64,000 nt of DNA from Anaeramoeba ignava BMAN (taxonomy: Eukaryota; Protista; Anaeramoebae), in the NCBI GenBank assembly GCA_028826165.1, contig JAPDFW010000103.1, positions 1 to 64,000 of the forward strand, given 5' to 3'. A model generated the notes under the pieces. The model saw only the letters and a program-made list of their open reading frames with translations, was not told the DNA's origin and ran no database searches. The position numbers and the translations under genes were made by a program. The number at the start of each line of letters is the position of its first letter. The stretch's first letter is position 1. Below are positions 30,331-44,596 of the stretch, piece by piece.

Positions 30331-33300
30331 TTAATTACAATATCTTGTTTTCATTTTCAAAATACTTTGAAGACGTTCAATCCAATTTGATTTAAACGAA
30401 CTCATCAAATTCAAAGATTTATTTCTTGAGAATCTAAAGAAATTTGCTGCATGATCACCATAAATACCAATCAAAGGAATCAAACGAACAAGAGCTTTAT
30501 CAGAAACAATCATTGGAAAAAGTAAAGGAGCAATTTTCGGGATGTCTTTCTTATAAAAAACTTCAACCCTATAATAATTAGTGCCAATCGGATAAATTGC
30601 AAGATAAACAAAATTCAATTCTGATTTTATGATATAAGGATCTGATAAAGTGCAATTTTTCAAGTTGAAGTTCTCAGTTGATTCATCAGTTTCAAAAAGA
30701 CTTGAAATTTTTGTTTCAGGAAAAGAAGAAATTGAGGAGAAAATATCAAGATTTTCAACAAAGGAACGGGAATCCGAGTCAAGATTGTAATCAAAAAAGA
30801 TTGCAGTTGCAGAATCGTTTCCAATATGTTTCTTATAGTCATCTGTATTGACAACTTTTTTATGCATCATAAGTGGAATGTGGAAAACAACATGTTCAAA
30901 AAGAGTTTTATAAATAAAGCAGAATTTGCCATCTGCATTTGAAGTACGATCAAGACCGCCTGAATAAGAATTGTAATTTTTCAAACGGATTAATGATCCC
31001 AATTGCGATAAAATTTGTTCAAAGCGTATTGAAGACGCACCTCCGTTTGAGAGGATTTCTTTCTCATTCCGTTGGTTTTGATTTGCATACAAAAGCCCCA
31101 TCTTGAATGTGTTTACGGGAGGGATCAGATCAAGTAGTCGTAGGGATGTCTGTATCTTGTCCCAATTCCCTTCACTTTTCAGTTTTGCAAATGACTTGCT
31201 TTTGTTCCTTTCATGCTGCACAAGATAACTTAATACAACATCTGGAGAAAACACTGTGTTTTGGATACGAGGATCTTTTTCATAAAGTTTTGTTAGATCC
31301 TCTTTGATATTGTTTGTCAATTTGGATGTTGTATTTCTTAATGACATCAAATCAATTTTTTTCTTTTCTTTTTGTTTCTTGCTTGTTTTCTTTGAGTTGC
31401 TTTGTTCCTGTTCTTTGAGTAACATTTCTGTCTCGCTGATTTGTTTCGGGATAATTTGTTGCGCTTGATCTTGTGGATCTTTATTCGCTTTTTCAAGATC
31501 GTCTGTTGATTTTGCGCGCTGGAAATTTTTTAAGGATTTTTGATCCACATTTTCAAGTAATTTTTGTTCGTCTGTTGTCAAGAATACTGTCCCTGATAAA
31601 GAGAGTGGATTCAAGTCCTTGAAACTAATGAGTTTTTTCGTGATTGGTTTCTTCTTTTTTCCCGATGTTGTTTTCGAAACTTCTCTTTTGATTTCTGAGA
31701 TTTCTTGAGAAGATGTTTCTTTCTTCTTGGATTTTTCCTCATTATCAGAAATATATTGAAGATTTTTAATCGGGGTTTCTTGTTTGGGAATTTCGTTGTT
31801 ATGTTGCATTACTAAATTATCTGGGAATGAATCTGAAGGAAAAATAAGTTGCATATCTTGTTCTTGATTTGTATTTAAATTTGTTTCCAATCCAAAATTA
31901 TCGATATTTTGCTGATCAAAATCATTACTAGAAAAATTTTGCCAATTTGAGGTAATATCGTTATTTTCTTCATATTCCGTTTCATCATCCAAAAAATCCT
32001 GATCGAGTTCTTCTTTTTTCAGAAGATCAACCTCGTCGAAATTAGATAAAATTATTGTGTTTCGTGTAACAGAAATGTTTATATTGTAAATTCCTGATTC
32101 GTTTGATGCCTTTTCTGCTTCTTCTTTGGATGTGAAATATAATGGGCTTGTTTCATCAAAGTTTTTACTGAGATAAGATGGAAGAGGATTCACAAACACT
32201 GATAATCGTTGGTCTTCATTGTTTTGGATGTTTTCTTGATTCAGTGGATTTTCTTTGATATTTGGATCTGGAGCTGAATTGATTTCTTGACTATTTATTG
32301 AATTCTGGAATTCTTGATTACTTTTCGATTCATCCTCTTGACTGTCTTTATTGTCATCAAATTCCATCACTGGTTGATGTTTTTTTGGGGAATGTGTAAT
32401 TAGAGGAGAAGAAAAATCAGTTAATTCTTCATTTTCTTTTTTGGATTTATGTTTCAAATCAATAAAAGAACGATTTAAATACCAATTTTTCCAATCGTGA
32501 TCATCATCATCATCATCTGAATTTGTTTCTTTGATTTTTGATTTGAGTTTGTTTTCTTTTTCATTTTCTTCAGTTGAGTTTTTGTAATCAGTGCGTTTGA
32601 TGAAATTATTCCAGTATTGAGTTGCAATTGATGTTCTAAATGTTTCATCATCAATTTCATCACCAGTTTCTTTAGATGGAGTGTTTAATAGAGAGACTTT
32701 TTGGTTTTTATTTTGATTTTGATTTTGATTTTGATTTTTATGATTTTGATTTTTATGATTTTGATTTTTATGATTTTGATTTTGATTTTGATTTTCGTTT
32801 TGATTTTGATTTTGATTTTGATTTTGATTTTCGTTTTGATTTTCATTTTTATGTATTTGTTCTTGTTGCGATAAATGATCCAAAATTTTGTTTTCATTTA
32901 ATGCAATTATTGGTGAAGTTGATATCGTCGTTTTGATTGTTTTTGAGATCCATTCTTGATCATCTGGGTTTATCAAAATGTCTCTCATTGCATTATGATT
33001 TGTTTTATTATTTTTTGCATTTGGTTCAATATATTCAAGGAAAAATGGATATTTGTATTTATGATTCTGAGATGTGAAAAATAAATGAGGATCTGAAGAG
33101 TGTTTTGATCTTAAATCATCTGAAAAAAGTTTATTTTTTATCAATGGAAGATTTGCTGTTCTTTTTGAAATTGTTGAAAATGCATGATATATTTTTTGTT
33201 TTTCTGAATCTTGATTGGGAAGATTTAATGAATGGAGATTTGCAACTGATATTGAATTGCATCTATATCTGAATTTTATTAAATTATCTGTCAAGTTTTT

Positions 33301-36300
33301 TTTTTCTTCTTCTTTTTTTTCTAATTCTGATTCTGATTCTGATGGAGTTAATGAATTTGTTTCCGAGGTTATTTCTTTTTCATCTTCATTGAAAGAAAAT
33401 TGGAAACTCGAGTTACTACTAATAATTTCAGAGTTTTGAAGATGTTCAGAATAATCATCAAAATAATTATCAAATTGTCGAAAAGATAAATTTTTTTGAT
33501 TTTTAATTTGATTTTGAATTTGAATTTGATTTTCATTTTCGAATTGATTTTCAAATTGATTTTCATTTTCGAATTCATTTTCGAATTGATTTTCATTTTC
33601 GAATTGATTTTCAAATTGATTTTCGAATTGAATTTCAATTTGATTTTGATTTTGAATTTGATTTTTAAATTGATTTTCGAATTGATTTTGATTTTGAATT
33701 TGATTTTTAATTTGATTTTGGTTTTGATTTTCGAATTGATTTTGATTTTGATTTTGAATTTGAATTTGATTTTGATTTTGATTTTGATTTTGATTTTGAT
33801 TTTGATTTTGATTTTGATTTTGATTTTGATTTTGATTTTGAATTTGAATTTGATTTTGAATTTGATTTTGATTTTGATTTTGATTTTGATTTTGATTTTG
33901 ATTTTGATTTTGATTTTGATTTTGATTTTGATTTTGATTTTGATTTTGATTTTGATTTTGAATTTGATTTTGATTTTGATTTTGATTTTGATTTTGATTT
34001 TGATTTTGATTTTGAATTTGAATTTGAATTTGATTTTGATTTTGATTTTGATTTTCGAATTGATTTTGATTTTGATTTTGATTTTGATTTTGATTTTGAT
34101 TTTGATTTTGATTTTGATTTTGATTTTGATTTTGAATTTGATTTTGATTTTGATTTTGATTTTGATTTTGATTTTGATTTTGATTTTGATTTTGATTTTG
34201 GTTTTGATTTTGGTTTTGATTTTGATTTTTAATTTGATTTTGATTTTGATTTTGATTTTGATTTTGAATTTGATTTTCAATTTGATTTTGAATTTGATTT
34301 TCATTTTGATTTTGAATTTGATTTTCAATTTGATTTTCAATTTGATTTATATTTTGATTTTCATTTTCAATTTGATTTTGATTTTGATTTTCAATTTCAA
34401 TTTGATTTTCATTTTCATTTTCATTTTCATTTTCAAATTGAATTTGATTTTCATTTTGAAACTCGGGAAATGATAAAGGTAAAAAAGGATTAACAGGAGT
34501 AAACAAATTATCAAACTTGACAAAAAAATGAGTTTTTCCATTTGGTTGACGACGAGATATTTGACACCAACCCAAAACACCAGTCTTTATAGAAATAAGA
34601 GTATGCCCTGAAATATATAAAGCATATTGAGTAGATTTGTTATTAAAATAAAGACTTTCTGGAAGTCCATCATCATTATGAGTTTGAATAGGAGCTGGAC
34701 ATATATTCCCATAAATATTACTCGTCATAAAATTTTCCATTACTTTTTTCAACAAAAACAAATCACTATTTTCTTGGAAATGTATTTTCGAAGTCTTTTC
34801 CAGAAAATATTTATACATTTCACTTCGTGTTGAAACATCACAAAAATAATAAATTTTGGAAAATATAGTGTATCCATGAAGAATTAAAAACGGTGAAAGT
34901 GCGATATTTTTTATGTCTTGTGATTCTTTCTTTTTGTTGATTAAAGAAAGATCGAAAATAATTGAATTCAAAATTTTGCCAATTTGAAGAAGTGCATTTT
35001 TATCGTTTTTAAGTTGTGATTGTGTTTCTGAAATTGTAAAAGTCTCCAAAAAAAACAGAATTGAAGAGAGATAGAGATGCGCAGAGTTTTGATTTGTTGA
35101 ATTTGACTCTAAATTGTTTTCACAATTTTTGTAAAATGCGCGTTTGCAATCAAAAATTGAATCAATTAATTCCAGTAAATAATCGTGAAGATAGGTGATT
35201 GTTGCCTTCAAATAAGGATAATGAAGATTAAGAGTATCATTTCCAAGCTCCAAATTAGCAATTGAAAGGGTATTCAAACAAAGATTTTCAATCTGGTATT
35301 TTAAGTTTCTGTTTTGAATTTTCAAATTTGCAAGAAATTTTTGATTTTGATCATCTCCTCCAACATTTTCTGCTTTTTGTTGGTTAGGAGATTGCTTATT
35401 GTTATTGTTACTGTTATTTTTATTGTTATTAGTATTAATTGGTTCATATCCAAAAATGAGTGAATCAAGAACATTTTTTCCATTTTTTTTATAGAACAAA
35501 AAAAGGTTAAATCCTTCACAAAGTTGTTTTATCATTTCTGAAATTGTCTTTTCATCCAGTCTTTCATGATATCCAACCAAAATTGATAAAACACGAAATG
35601 CGTTAATTAAAACACGAAGAAATTGGTTAATTTTGCTATGAAAACTGGAACCTAAATCAGGATTTTTTTCGTCCAGAACAGATGATAATTTTTTCCTTAA
35701 TAAATTAAAGTATTTCGAAACACCGTTTGAAAATACTTTTGCAATAATATGAAGATCCACTTCCTCCAATATATACTTGTTTGCAAGCATTTTATACAAT
35801 CCTCTTGCTATTCCAATTAAAATTTCCTTGCTTGGTTCTTTTTCTAGTTGAATTAAAATATCTCTTAATAACAAACTTATTGAAATGTATTCTTTTGTTG
35901 GGAAAATATGGCTCTTTTTTTGTGATGATTGTTGGGATGGTTTTTTTGATGTTAAAGAGCTTCTGCTTCCATTTTCAAAAACAACTTCATATCGTTCATT
36001 TGAACGTAAGTTTAAAAACATGTTAAGAACTTCTTTTCTAATTGCTGCATGTGGTGACTTTATATATTTTTTAAGTATTTCAAACAAGAATTTTGCTTGT
36101 TTTTTGTGGTGTGAATGCAAAGAGGTTATAAATATTGAAATTAAATTTTTTGTAGCTTGAAGTTTGATTTCTATTCTCTTGTTAATTATTTTGGATTCTT
36201 TTTTATTTTTGAATTATTATTAAAAAGAAAAATAATTTTTTAATTTTTTTGAAAAATTTCTTTACTTTCATCTTCTTGAATTTTATGTGAAATTGTTGAA

Positions 36301-39300
36301 AATTGAGGTTCTTCAATATTTTCTTTCAAATTTTCATCAATATTGCTATTATTATTATTATTGTTATTGTTATTCCCCTTTTTATTTTCTTTTTATAATA
36401 AAAATTAGTTGAAATTAATGAATAAATTTTTTTTTTCGTTTAATTTAAGATATTTGTCTTTTTACGATCCAAATCTTCGTCTGTTAAAGAAGTAGTAATT
36501 TTTTGTACTCTGTTTATCATCGAAATTAAAATACGGAAGCATTTAACAGATAAATGTTTTCGAATAAAACGAGTAAGGATATTGAGAATACTTTCACAAT
36601 CAATCCACCATTGGTTACGAATTGATTGGAATAATAATTGGTCAAGAATGTTAAGGGATTTTTCAAACATATCAAAACGATAAGAGAATGTTAAGAAATG
36701 AGGGAGTTTTTTCAGAAAATGCTGTCTTGTTTCTTGAACTGAACTTTCAACAAATAATGGGGTTAAATATTTCAAAAACCGTTCTGAATTTGGTTTTGAA
36801 GGATGAATTTGTTCAAAATAATAATCTATAATGTGATTGAATATTTCATTTGATATTGAATGTCTTCCTATGTATAAAATTTTAAATAATTCATTTCTTG
36901 GACCTCGATATTTATCTTCTAAATAAATGATTTCAATTTCATGAAGGATTTGTATGAGAATTGAGCTCATGTTTGTTCTTTTCATATTTTGTTTGTGATA
37001 TGAAGTTAGAAGTTGTAAGATGATATCTAAAAGAAGATCCCAATTAATACAAACTTCGTCGCGATATCTAAATTTATAAATGAATTTCAAATATTTTAAA
37101 ATGAATTTATAAATGAATTTTAATTTATAAATGAATTCTAATTTATAAATGAATTTTGATTTATAAATGAATTATAATTTATAAATGAATTTTAATTATA
37201 TAAATGAATTATAATTTATAAATGAATTATAATTTATAAATGAATTATAATTTATAAATGAATTTTGATTTATAAATGAATTTTGATTTTAATTTTGATT
37301 TATAATTGAATTTTGATTTATAAATGAATTTTAATTTATAAATGAATTATGATTTTGATTTATAAATGAATTTTGATTTATAAATGAATTTTGATTTATA
37401 AATGAATTATAATTTTGATTTATAAATGAATTTTGATTTATAAATGAATTATAATTTTGATTTATAAATGAATTTTGATTTATAAATGAATTTTAATTTT
37501 GATTTATAAATGAATTATAATTTTGATTTATAAATGAATTTTAATTTATAAATGAATTTTGATTTATAAATGAATTTTGATTTATAAATGAATTTTGATT
37601 TATAAATGAATTATAATTTATAAATGAATTTTAATTTATAAATGAATTTTGATTTATAAATGAATTTTGATTTATAAATGAATTTTGATTTATAAATGAA
37701 TTTTGATTTATAAATGAATTTCAAATATTTTAAAATGAATTTTGATTTATAAATGAATTATAATTTATAAATGAATTTTAATTTATAAATGAATTATAAT
37801 TTATAAATGAATTATAATTTATAAATGAATTTTGATTTATAAATGAATTTTGATTTATAAATGAATTATAATTTATAAATGAATTTTGATTTATAAATGA
37901 ATTTTGATTATAATTTATAAATGAATTTTAATTTATAAATGAATTATAATTTATAAATGAATTTTAATTTATAAATGAATTTTGATTTATAAATGAATTT
38001 TAATTTTTAAATGAATTTTAATTTATAATTGAATTTTGATTTATAAATGAATTTTGATTTATAAATGAATTATGATTTATAAATGAATTTTGATTTTGAT
38101 TTATAAATGAATTTTGATTCGAATTTACAATTTCAGTAAACTTAATAAAGCTAAAGAGATTTCATAATCAACAATTTCCAAATGAGAAGAAAGAACTAAT
38201 TTAAAAGAACGTAAAATAGTTGCAGAAAAATGTAAACTATTTTCAATAATCTTATTAGCTCCCCAAACAGACATACTCAAGAAAAAAACAGCACCTCTGA
38301 GTAAGAAAGCCTTTCCCTTTGTTTTAGGATCAGTAAGAATATTTGAAAGAACAAGAATTCCTTGACTGGAATAATTATTTTTCAAGATGAATTTAACTGT
38401 ATTCCAAGCTTTCTCTCGGAAAGTTGAGATGTTTACTGCTTTACAGAGAACAGCAAGCATAGGTCGAAGTGAAGATCCTGGAATTAGAAAATTCGCTACA
38501 ACCGTTCCATAGAATGAAATACATTCTTCTGTTATTGGTGCACTAAATTTGTTTAATGTCAATATTGATATAGTTCGAATGAAAGTTTCCAAATTTTTAT
38601 AAGAAATATATTTGCTATTCAATGAAAATATTTTGTTAATAAAAGACACCACTTTTTCAATTTCTGTTGAATTTTGAAGGAAAAATAGAAGTAATGTATC
38701 TAATCCATTCTTTATTTTTTTGAATAAATTTTTTTAATTATAAATTTTTGAATTATAATTTTTTGAATTATAAATTTTTTGAATTATAATTTTTTGAATA
38801 AATTTTTGAATAATAATTTTTTGAATTATAATTTTTTGAATTATAATTTTTTTAAATAAATTTTTTGAATTATAAATTTTTGAATTATAATTTTTTGAAT
38901 TATAATTTTTTTAAATAAATTTTTTTAATTATAAATTTTTGAATTATAATTTTTTGAATTATAATTTTTTGAATTATAATTTTTTGAATAAATTTTTGAA
39001 TAATAATTTTTTGAATTATAATTTTTTGAATAAATTTTTGAATTATAAATTTTTTGAATAAATTTTTTGAATTATAATTTTTTGAATTATAATTTTTTGA
39101 ATTATAATTTTTGAATTATAAATTTTTGAATTATAAATTTTTTTTAATTATAATTTTTTGAATAATTTTTTTGAATTATAATTTTTTTGAATAATTTTTT
39201 TGAATTATAATTTTTTTGAATTATAATTTTTTTGAATTATATTTTTTTGAATTATATTTTTTTGAATAAATTTTTTTGAATAAATTTTTTTGAATAAATT

Positions 39301-39970
39301 TTTGAATTATAAATTTTTTGAATAAATTTTTTTGAATAAATTTTTTGAATAAATTTTTGAATTATAAATTTTTGAATTTTTTGATTACTTGATAAATTTC
39401 TTGTATTTCTTTTCCATTATCTGTAAGAACTTCAAGAACTTGAAGCCTATTTGGAATATCAGATTCTTGATTTTTAATTTTCTCAAAAATTACTTTTTTA
39501 AATTAAATTAAATTTTAAATTAAATTTTTTTTAAGTTAAATTTTAAATTAAAATTTTTTTACATAATTTATTAACTCCTAAAATTGATCGATTATTAATA
39601 ATTATTTCACAAAGAATTTCATAAAGTTTTTTTTTTAAATTTGTATCACAATCTTTTGTAAGCATTGAAGAGAAAATTTCCAAAAAATCAGAAATATTCA
39701 TCACTCTTTAAAAATATAGAAATAATTAAAACAAAATTTTTTTAAATGAATAAATTTTTTTCGAAATTTTTTTCTTTTTTCTTTTTTCTTTTTTTTAATT
39801 TTAATAAAATAAAAATTTTACGGATAAATTGAAATTAATTTTGATAAATTTTCAAGAATTGTTATTTTTGTATTTAAAGGTGTATTTGGAAGAAGTAATT
39901 GTGATAATTTTTTAAAATCAATTATTTCTTCTCGAAGAATTTGTGAAGCAAAATTATTTAGATTTGTCAT
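30331..39970 (-). CDS. TSC2: Tuberin (TSC2)-like Rap/Rheb-GAP, multi-exon, with a ~320-aa NQ tract
   Basis: ATG at 39970. Tuberin N-terminal motifs [20 protein letters not shown] and VDYEI; C-terminal RapGAP domain FKMGLLY..EILSN..YSGGLD..VFHI..KKHIGND. Long introns 37068-38128 and 38710-39388. Confidence 0.85.
33496..34455 (-). repeat. Coding (AATCAA)n repeat giving poly-NQ inside TSC2
   Basis: In frame within ORF 30331-36120, with no stop codons. Confidence 0.9.
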
Positions 39971-40117
39971 CTTTATTAATTTTATTTTTCTTTTAAAATT
40001 AAATCAATAAAAAAAAAATGAAGAAAAAAATGAAAAAAAAAAGAGAAAAAAAAATAAATTAAAAAAAAAGGGGGAATTCTTCTTCTTTTGTTTTTAATTT
40101 TTTTTGTTTTTAATTCT

Positions 40118-43100
40118 AGATTAAAAATATAAATAAATTATTATTAAATATTAATTAAAAATATTATAATAAATATATATATAATATTTAATAAATTTAT
40201 ATTAATTTTGAAATAAACATTTATTAATAAAATATAAATAAATTTATTTAAAATTATCAATAGATTAAAAATATAAATAAATTATTATTAAATATTAATT
40301 AAAAATATTATAATTAATATATATAAAATATTTAATTTAATTTATATTAATTTTGAAATAAATATTTAATAATAAAATATAAATAAATTTATTTAGAATT
40401 ATTAATAAATTAAAAATATAAATATATTATTATTAAATATTAATTAAAAATATTATAATTAATATATATAAAATATTTAATTAATTTATATTAATTTTGG
40501 AATAAATATTTAATAATAAAATATAAATAAATTTATTTAGAATTATTAATAGATTAAAAATATAAATAAATAATTATTAAATATTAATTAAAAATATTAT
40601 AATAAATATATATATAATATTTAATTATTTTATATTAATTTTGAAATAAATATTTAATAATAAAATATAAATAAATTAATTTAGAATTATTAATAAATTA
40701 AAAATATAAATAAATTATTATTAAATATTAATTAAAAATATTATAATAAATATAGATAAAATATTTAATTATTTTATATTAATTTTGGAATAAATATTTA
40801 ATAATAAAATATAAATAAATTTATTTAAAATTATTAATAAATTAAAAATATAAATAAATTATTATTAAATATTAATTAAAAATATTATAATTAATATATA
40901 TAAAATATTTAATTATTTTATATTAATTTTGGAATAAACATTTAATAATAAAATATAAATAAATTTATTTAAAATTATTAATAAATTAAAAATATAAATA
41001 AATTATTATTAAATATTAATTAAAAATATTATAATTAATATATATAAAATATTTAATTAAATTTATATTAATTTTGAGATAAATATTTAATAATAAAATA
41101 TAAATAAATTAATTTAAAATTGTCAGCAAATTAAAAATATAAATATATTATTATTAAATATTAATTAAAAATATTATAATAAATATATATAAAATATTTA
41201 ATTTAATTTATATTAATTTTGAAATAAATATTTATTAATAAAATATAAATAAATTAATTTATAATTATTAATAAATTAAAAATATAAATAAATTATTATT
41301 AAATATTAATTAAAAATATTATAATTAATATATATAAAATATTTAATTAAATTTATATTAATTTTGAAATAAATATTTAATAATAAAATATAAATAAATT
41401 TATTTAGAATTATTAATAAATTAAAAATATAAATAAATTATTATTAAATATTAATTAAAAATATTATAATTAATATATATAAAATATTTAATTAATTTAT
41501 ATTAATTTTGAAATAAATATTTAATAATAAAATATAAATAAATTTATTTAAAAATTATTAATAAATTAAAAAGCAAAATTCATTTTTATTAAATATTAAT
41601 TAAAAATATTATAATTAATATATATAAAATATTTAATTAAATTTATATTAATTTTGAAATAAATATTTATTAATAAAATATAAATAAATTAATTTAGAAT
41701 TATTAATAAATTAAAAATATAAATAAATTATTATTAAATATTAATTAAAAATATTATAATTAATATATATAAAATATTTAATTAAATTTATATTAATTTT
41801 GAAATAAATATTTAATAATAAAAATATAAATAAATTTATTTAGAATTATTAATAAATTAAAAATATAAATAAATTATTATTAAATATTAATTAAAAATAT
41901 TATAATTAATATAGATAAAATATTTAATTTAATTTATATTAATTTTGAAATAAATATTTAATAATAAAATATAAATAAATTTATTTAAAATTATTAATAA
42001 ATTAAAAAGCAAAATTCATTTTTATTAAATATTAATTAAAAATATTATAATTAATATATATAAAATATTTAATAAATTTATATTAATTTTGAAATAAACA
42101 TTTAATAATAAAATATAAATAAATTTATTTAAAATTATTAATAAATTAAAAATATAAATAAATTATTATTAAATATTAATTAAAAATATTATAATAAATA
42201 TATATAAAATATTTAATTAAATTTATATTAATTTTGAAATAAATATTTAATAATAAAATATAAATAAATTAATTTAAAATTATTAATAAATTAAAAATAT
42301 AAATAAATTATTATTAAATATTAATTAAAAATATTATAATAAATATATATAAAATATTTAAATAAATTTATATTAATTTTGAAATAAATATTTATTAATA
42401 AAATATAAATAAATTTATTTAAAATTATTAATAGATTAAAAATATAAATAAATTTAATTAAATATTAATTAAAAATATTATAATTAATATATATAAAATA
42501 TTTAAATTAATTTATATTAATTTTGAAATAAATATTTAATAATAAAATATAAATAAATTTATTTTTAAAATTATCAATAAATTAAAAAGCAAAATATATA
42601 TTATTATTAAATATTAATTAAAAATATTATAATTAATATATATAAAATATTTAATTTAATTTATATTAATTTTGAAATAAATATTTAATAATAAAATATA
42701 AATAAATTTATTTAAAATTATTAATAAATTAAAAATATAAATAAATTATTATTAAATATTAATCAAAAATATTATAATTAATATATATAAAATATTTAAT
42801 TTAATTTATATTAATTTTGAAATAAATATTTAATAATAAAATATAAATAAATTAATTTAAAATTGTCAGCAAATTAAAAATATAAATATATTATTATTAA
42901 ATATTAATTAAAAATATTATAATTAATATATATAAAATATTTAATTAAATTTATATTAATTTTTGAAATAAATATTTAATAATAAAATATAAATAAATTT
43001 ATTTAAAATTATTAATAGATTAAAAATATAAATAAATTATTATTAAATATTAATTAAAAATATTATAATAAATATATATAAAATATTTAAATAAATTTAT

Positions 43101-44345
43101 ATTAATTTTGAAATAAATATTTAATAATAAAATATAAATAAATTAATTTAGAATTATTAATAAATTAAAAATATAAATATATTATTATTAAATATTAATT
43201 AAAAATATTATAATTAATATATATAAAATATTTAATTTAATTTATATTAATTTTGAAATAAATATTTATTAATAAAAATATAAATAAATTAATTTAGAAT
43301 TATTAATAAATTAAAAAGCAAAAATATATTATTATTAAATATTAATCAAAAATATTATAATTAATATATATAAAATATTTAAATTAATTTATATTAATTT
43401 TGAAATAAATATTTAATAATAAAATATAAATAAATTTATTTAAAATTATTAATAGATTAAAAATATAAATAAATTATTATTAAATATTAATTAAAAATAT
43501 TATAATTAATATAGATAAAATATTTAATTAATTTATATTAATTTTGAAATAAATATTTAATAATAAAATATAAATAAATTAATTTAGAATTATTAATAAA
43601 TTAAAAATATAAATAAATTATTATTAAATATTAATTAAAAATATTATAATAAATATATATAAAATATTTAATTAAATTTATATTAATTTTTGAAATAAAT
43701 ATTTATTAATAAAAATATAAATAAATTTATATAGAATTATTAATAAATTAAAAATATAAATAAATTATTATTAAATATTAATTAAAAATATTATAATAAA
43801 TATATATAAAATATTTAAATAAATTTATATTAATTTTTGAAATAAATATTTAATAATAAAATATAAATAAATTTATTTAAAATTATTAATAAATTAAAAA
43901 TATAAATAAATTATTATTAAATATTAATCAAAAATATTATAATAAATATATATAAAATATTTAATTTAATTTATATTAATTTTGAAATAAATATTTAATA
44001 ATAAAATATAAATAAATTTATTTAAAATTATTAATAGATTAAAAATATAAATAAATTATTATTAAATATTAATTAAAAATATTATAATTAATATATATAA
44101 AATATTTAAATAAATTTATATTAATTTTGAAATAAATATTTAATAATAAAATATAAATAAATTTATTTAAAATTATTAGTAGATTAAAAATATAAATATA
44201 TTTTTATTAAATATTAATTAAAAATATTATAATTAATATAGATAAAATATTTAATTTAATTTATATTAATTTTGAAATAAATATTTATTAATAAAATATA
44301 AATAAATTAATTTAAAATTATTAATAAATTAAAAAGCAAAATTCA
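40118..44345. repeat. Tandem satellite, ~145-bp unit, ~29 copies
   Basis: Anchor TTTTG(A/G)AATAAA recurs at ~40207, 40351, 40496, 40640, 40783, 40927 and onward (spacing ~144-145). Confidence 0.92.
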
Positions 44346-44596
44346 TTTTTATTTGATCAATTTTAATTTTTTTTTTAAAATAAAAGAAAATTTAATTAAA
44401 GATACCCCCAAAATTAAAAAAAAGAAGAAAAATAAAAGGAGAAAAATAAAAATTTTTTTTTGCTTTTTCCACGTAATTAAATTGTTTTTTTTTTTAATTT
44501 AATTTTTTTTTTTTTTTCATATTTTTTTAAGTTAAAAAAAAATAAAACTTAAAAAAAAAATAACAACAAAACAAAAACAAAATTAAATTAAATTAA

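Noticed and set aside
15802-39970. TOR-signalling cluster (ScaA plus TSC2)
   Set aside because: Three unrelated genes separate them, and there is no evidence beyond coincidence.
40118-44345. CRISPR-like array
   Set aside because: Units are contiguous near-identical repeats with no unique spacers, no cas genes are present, and the context is eukaryotic.
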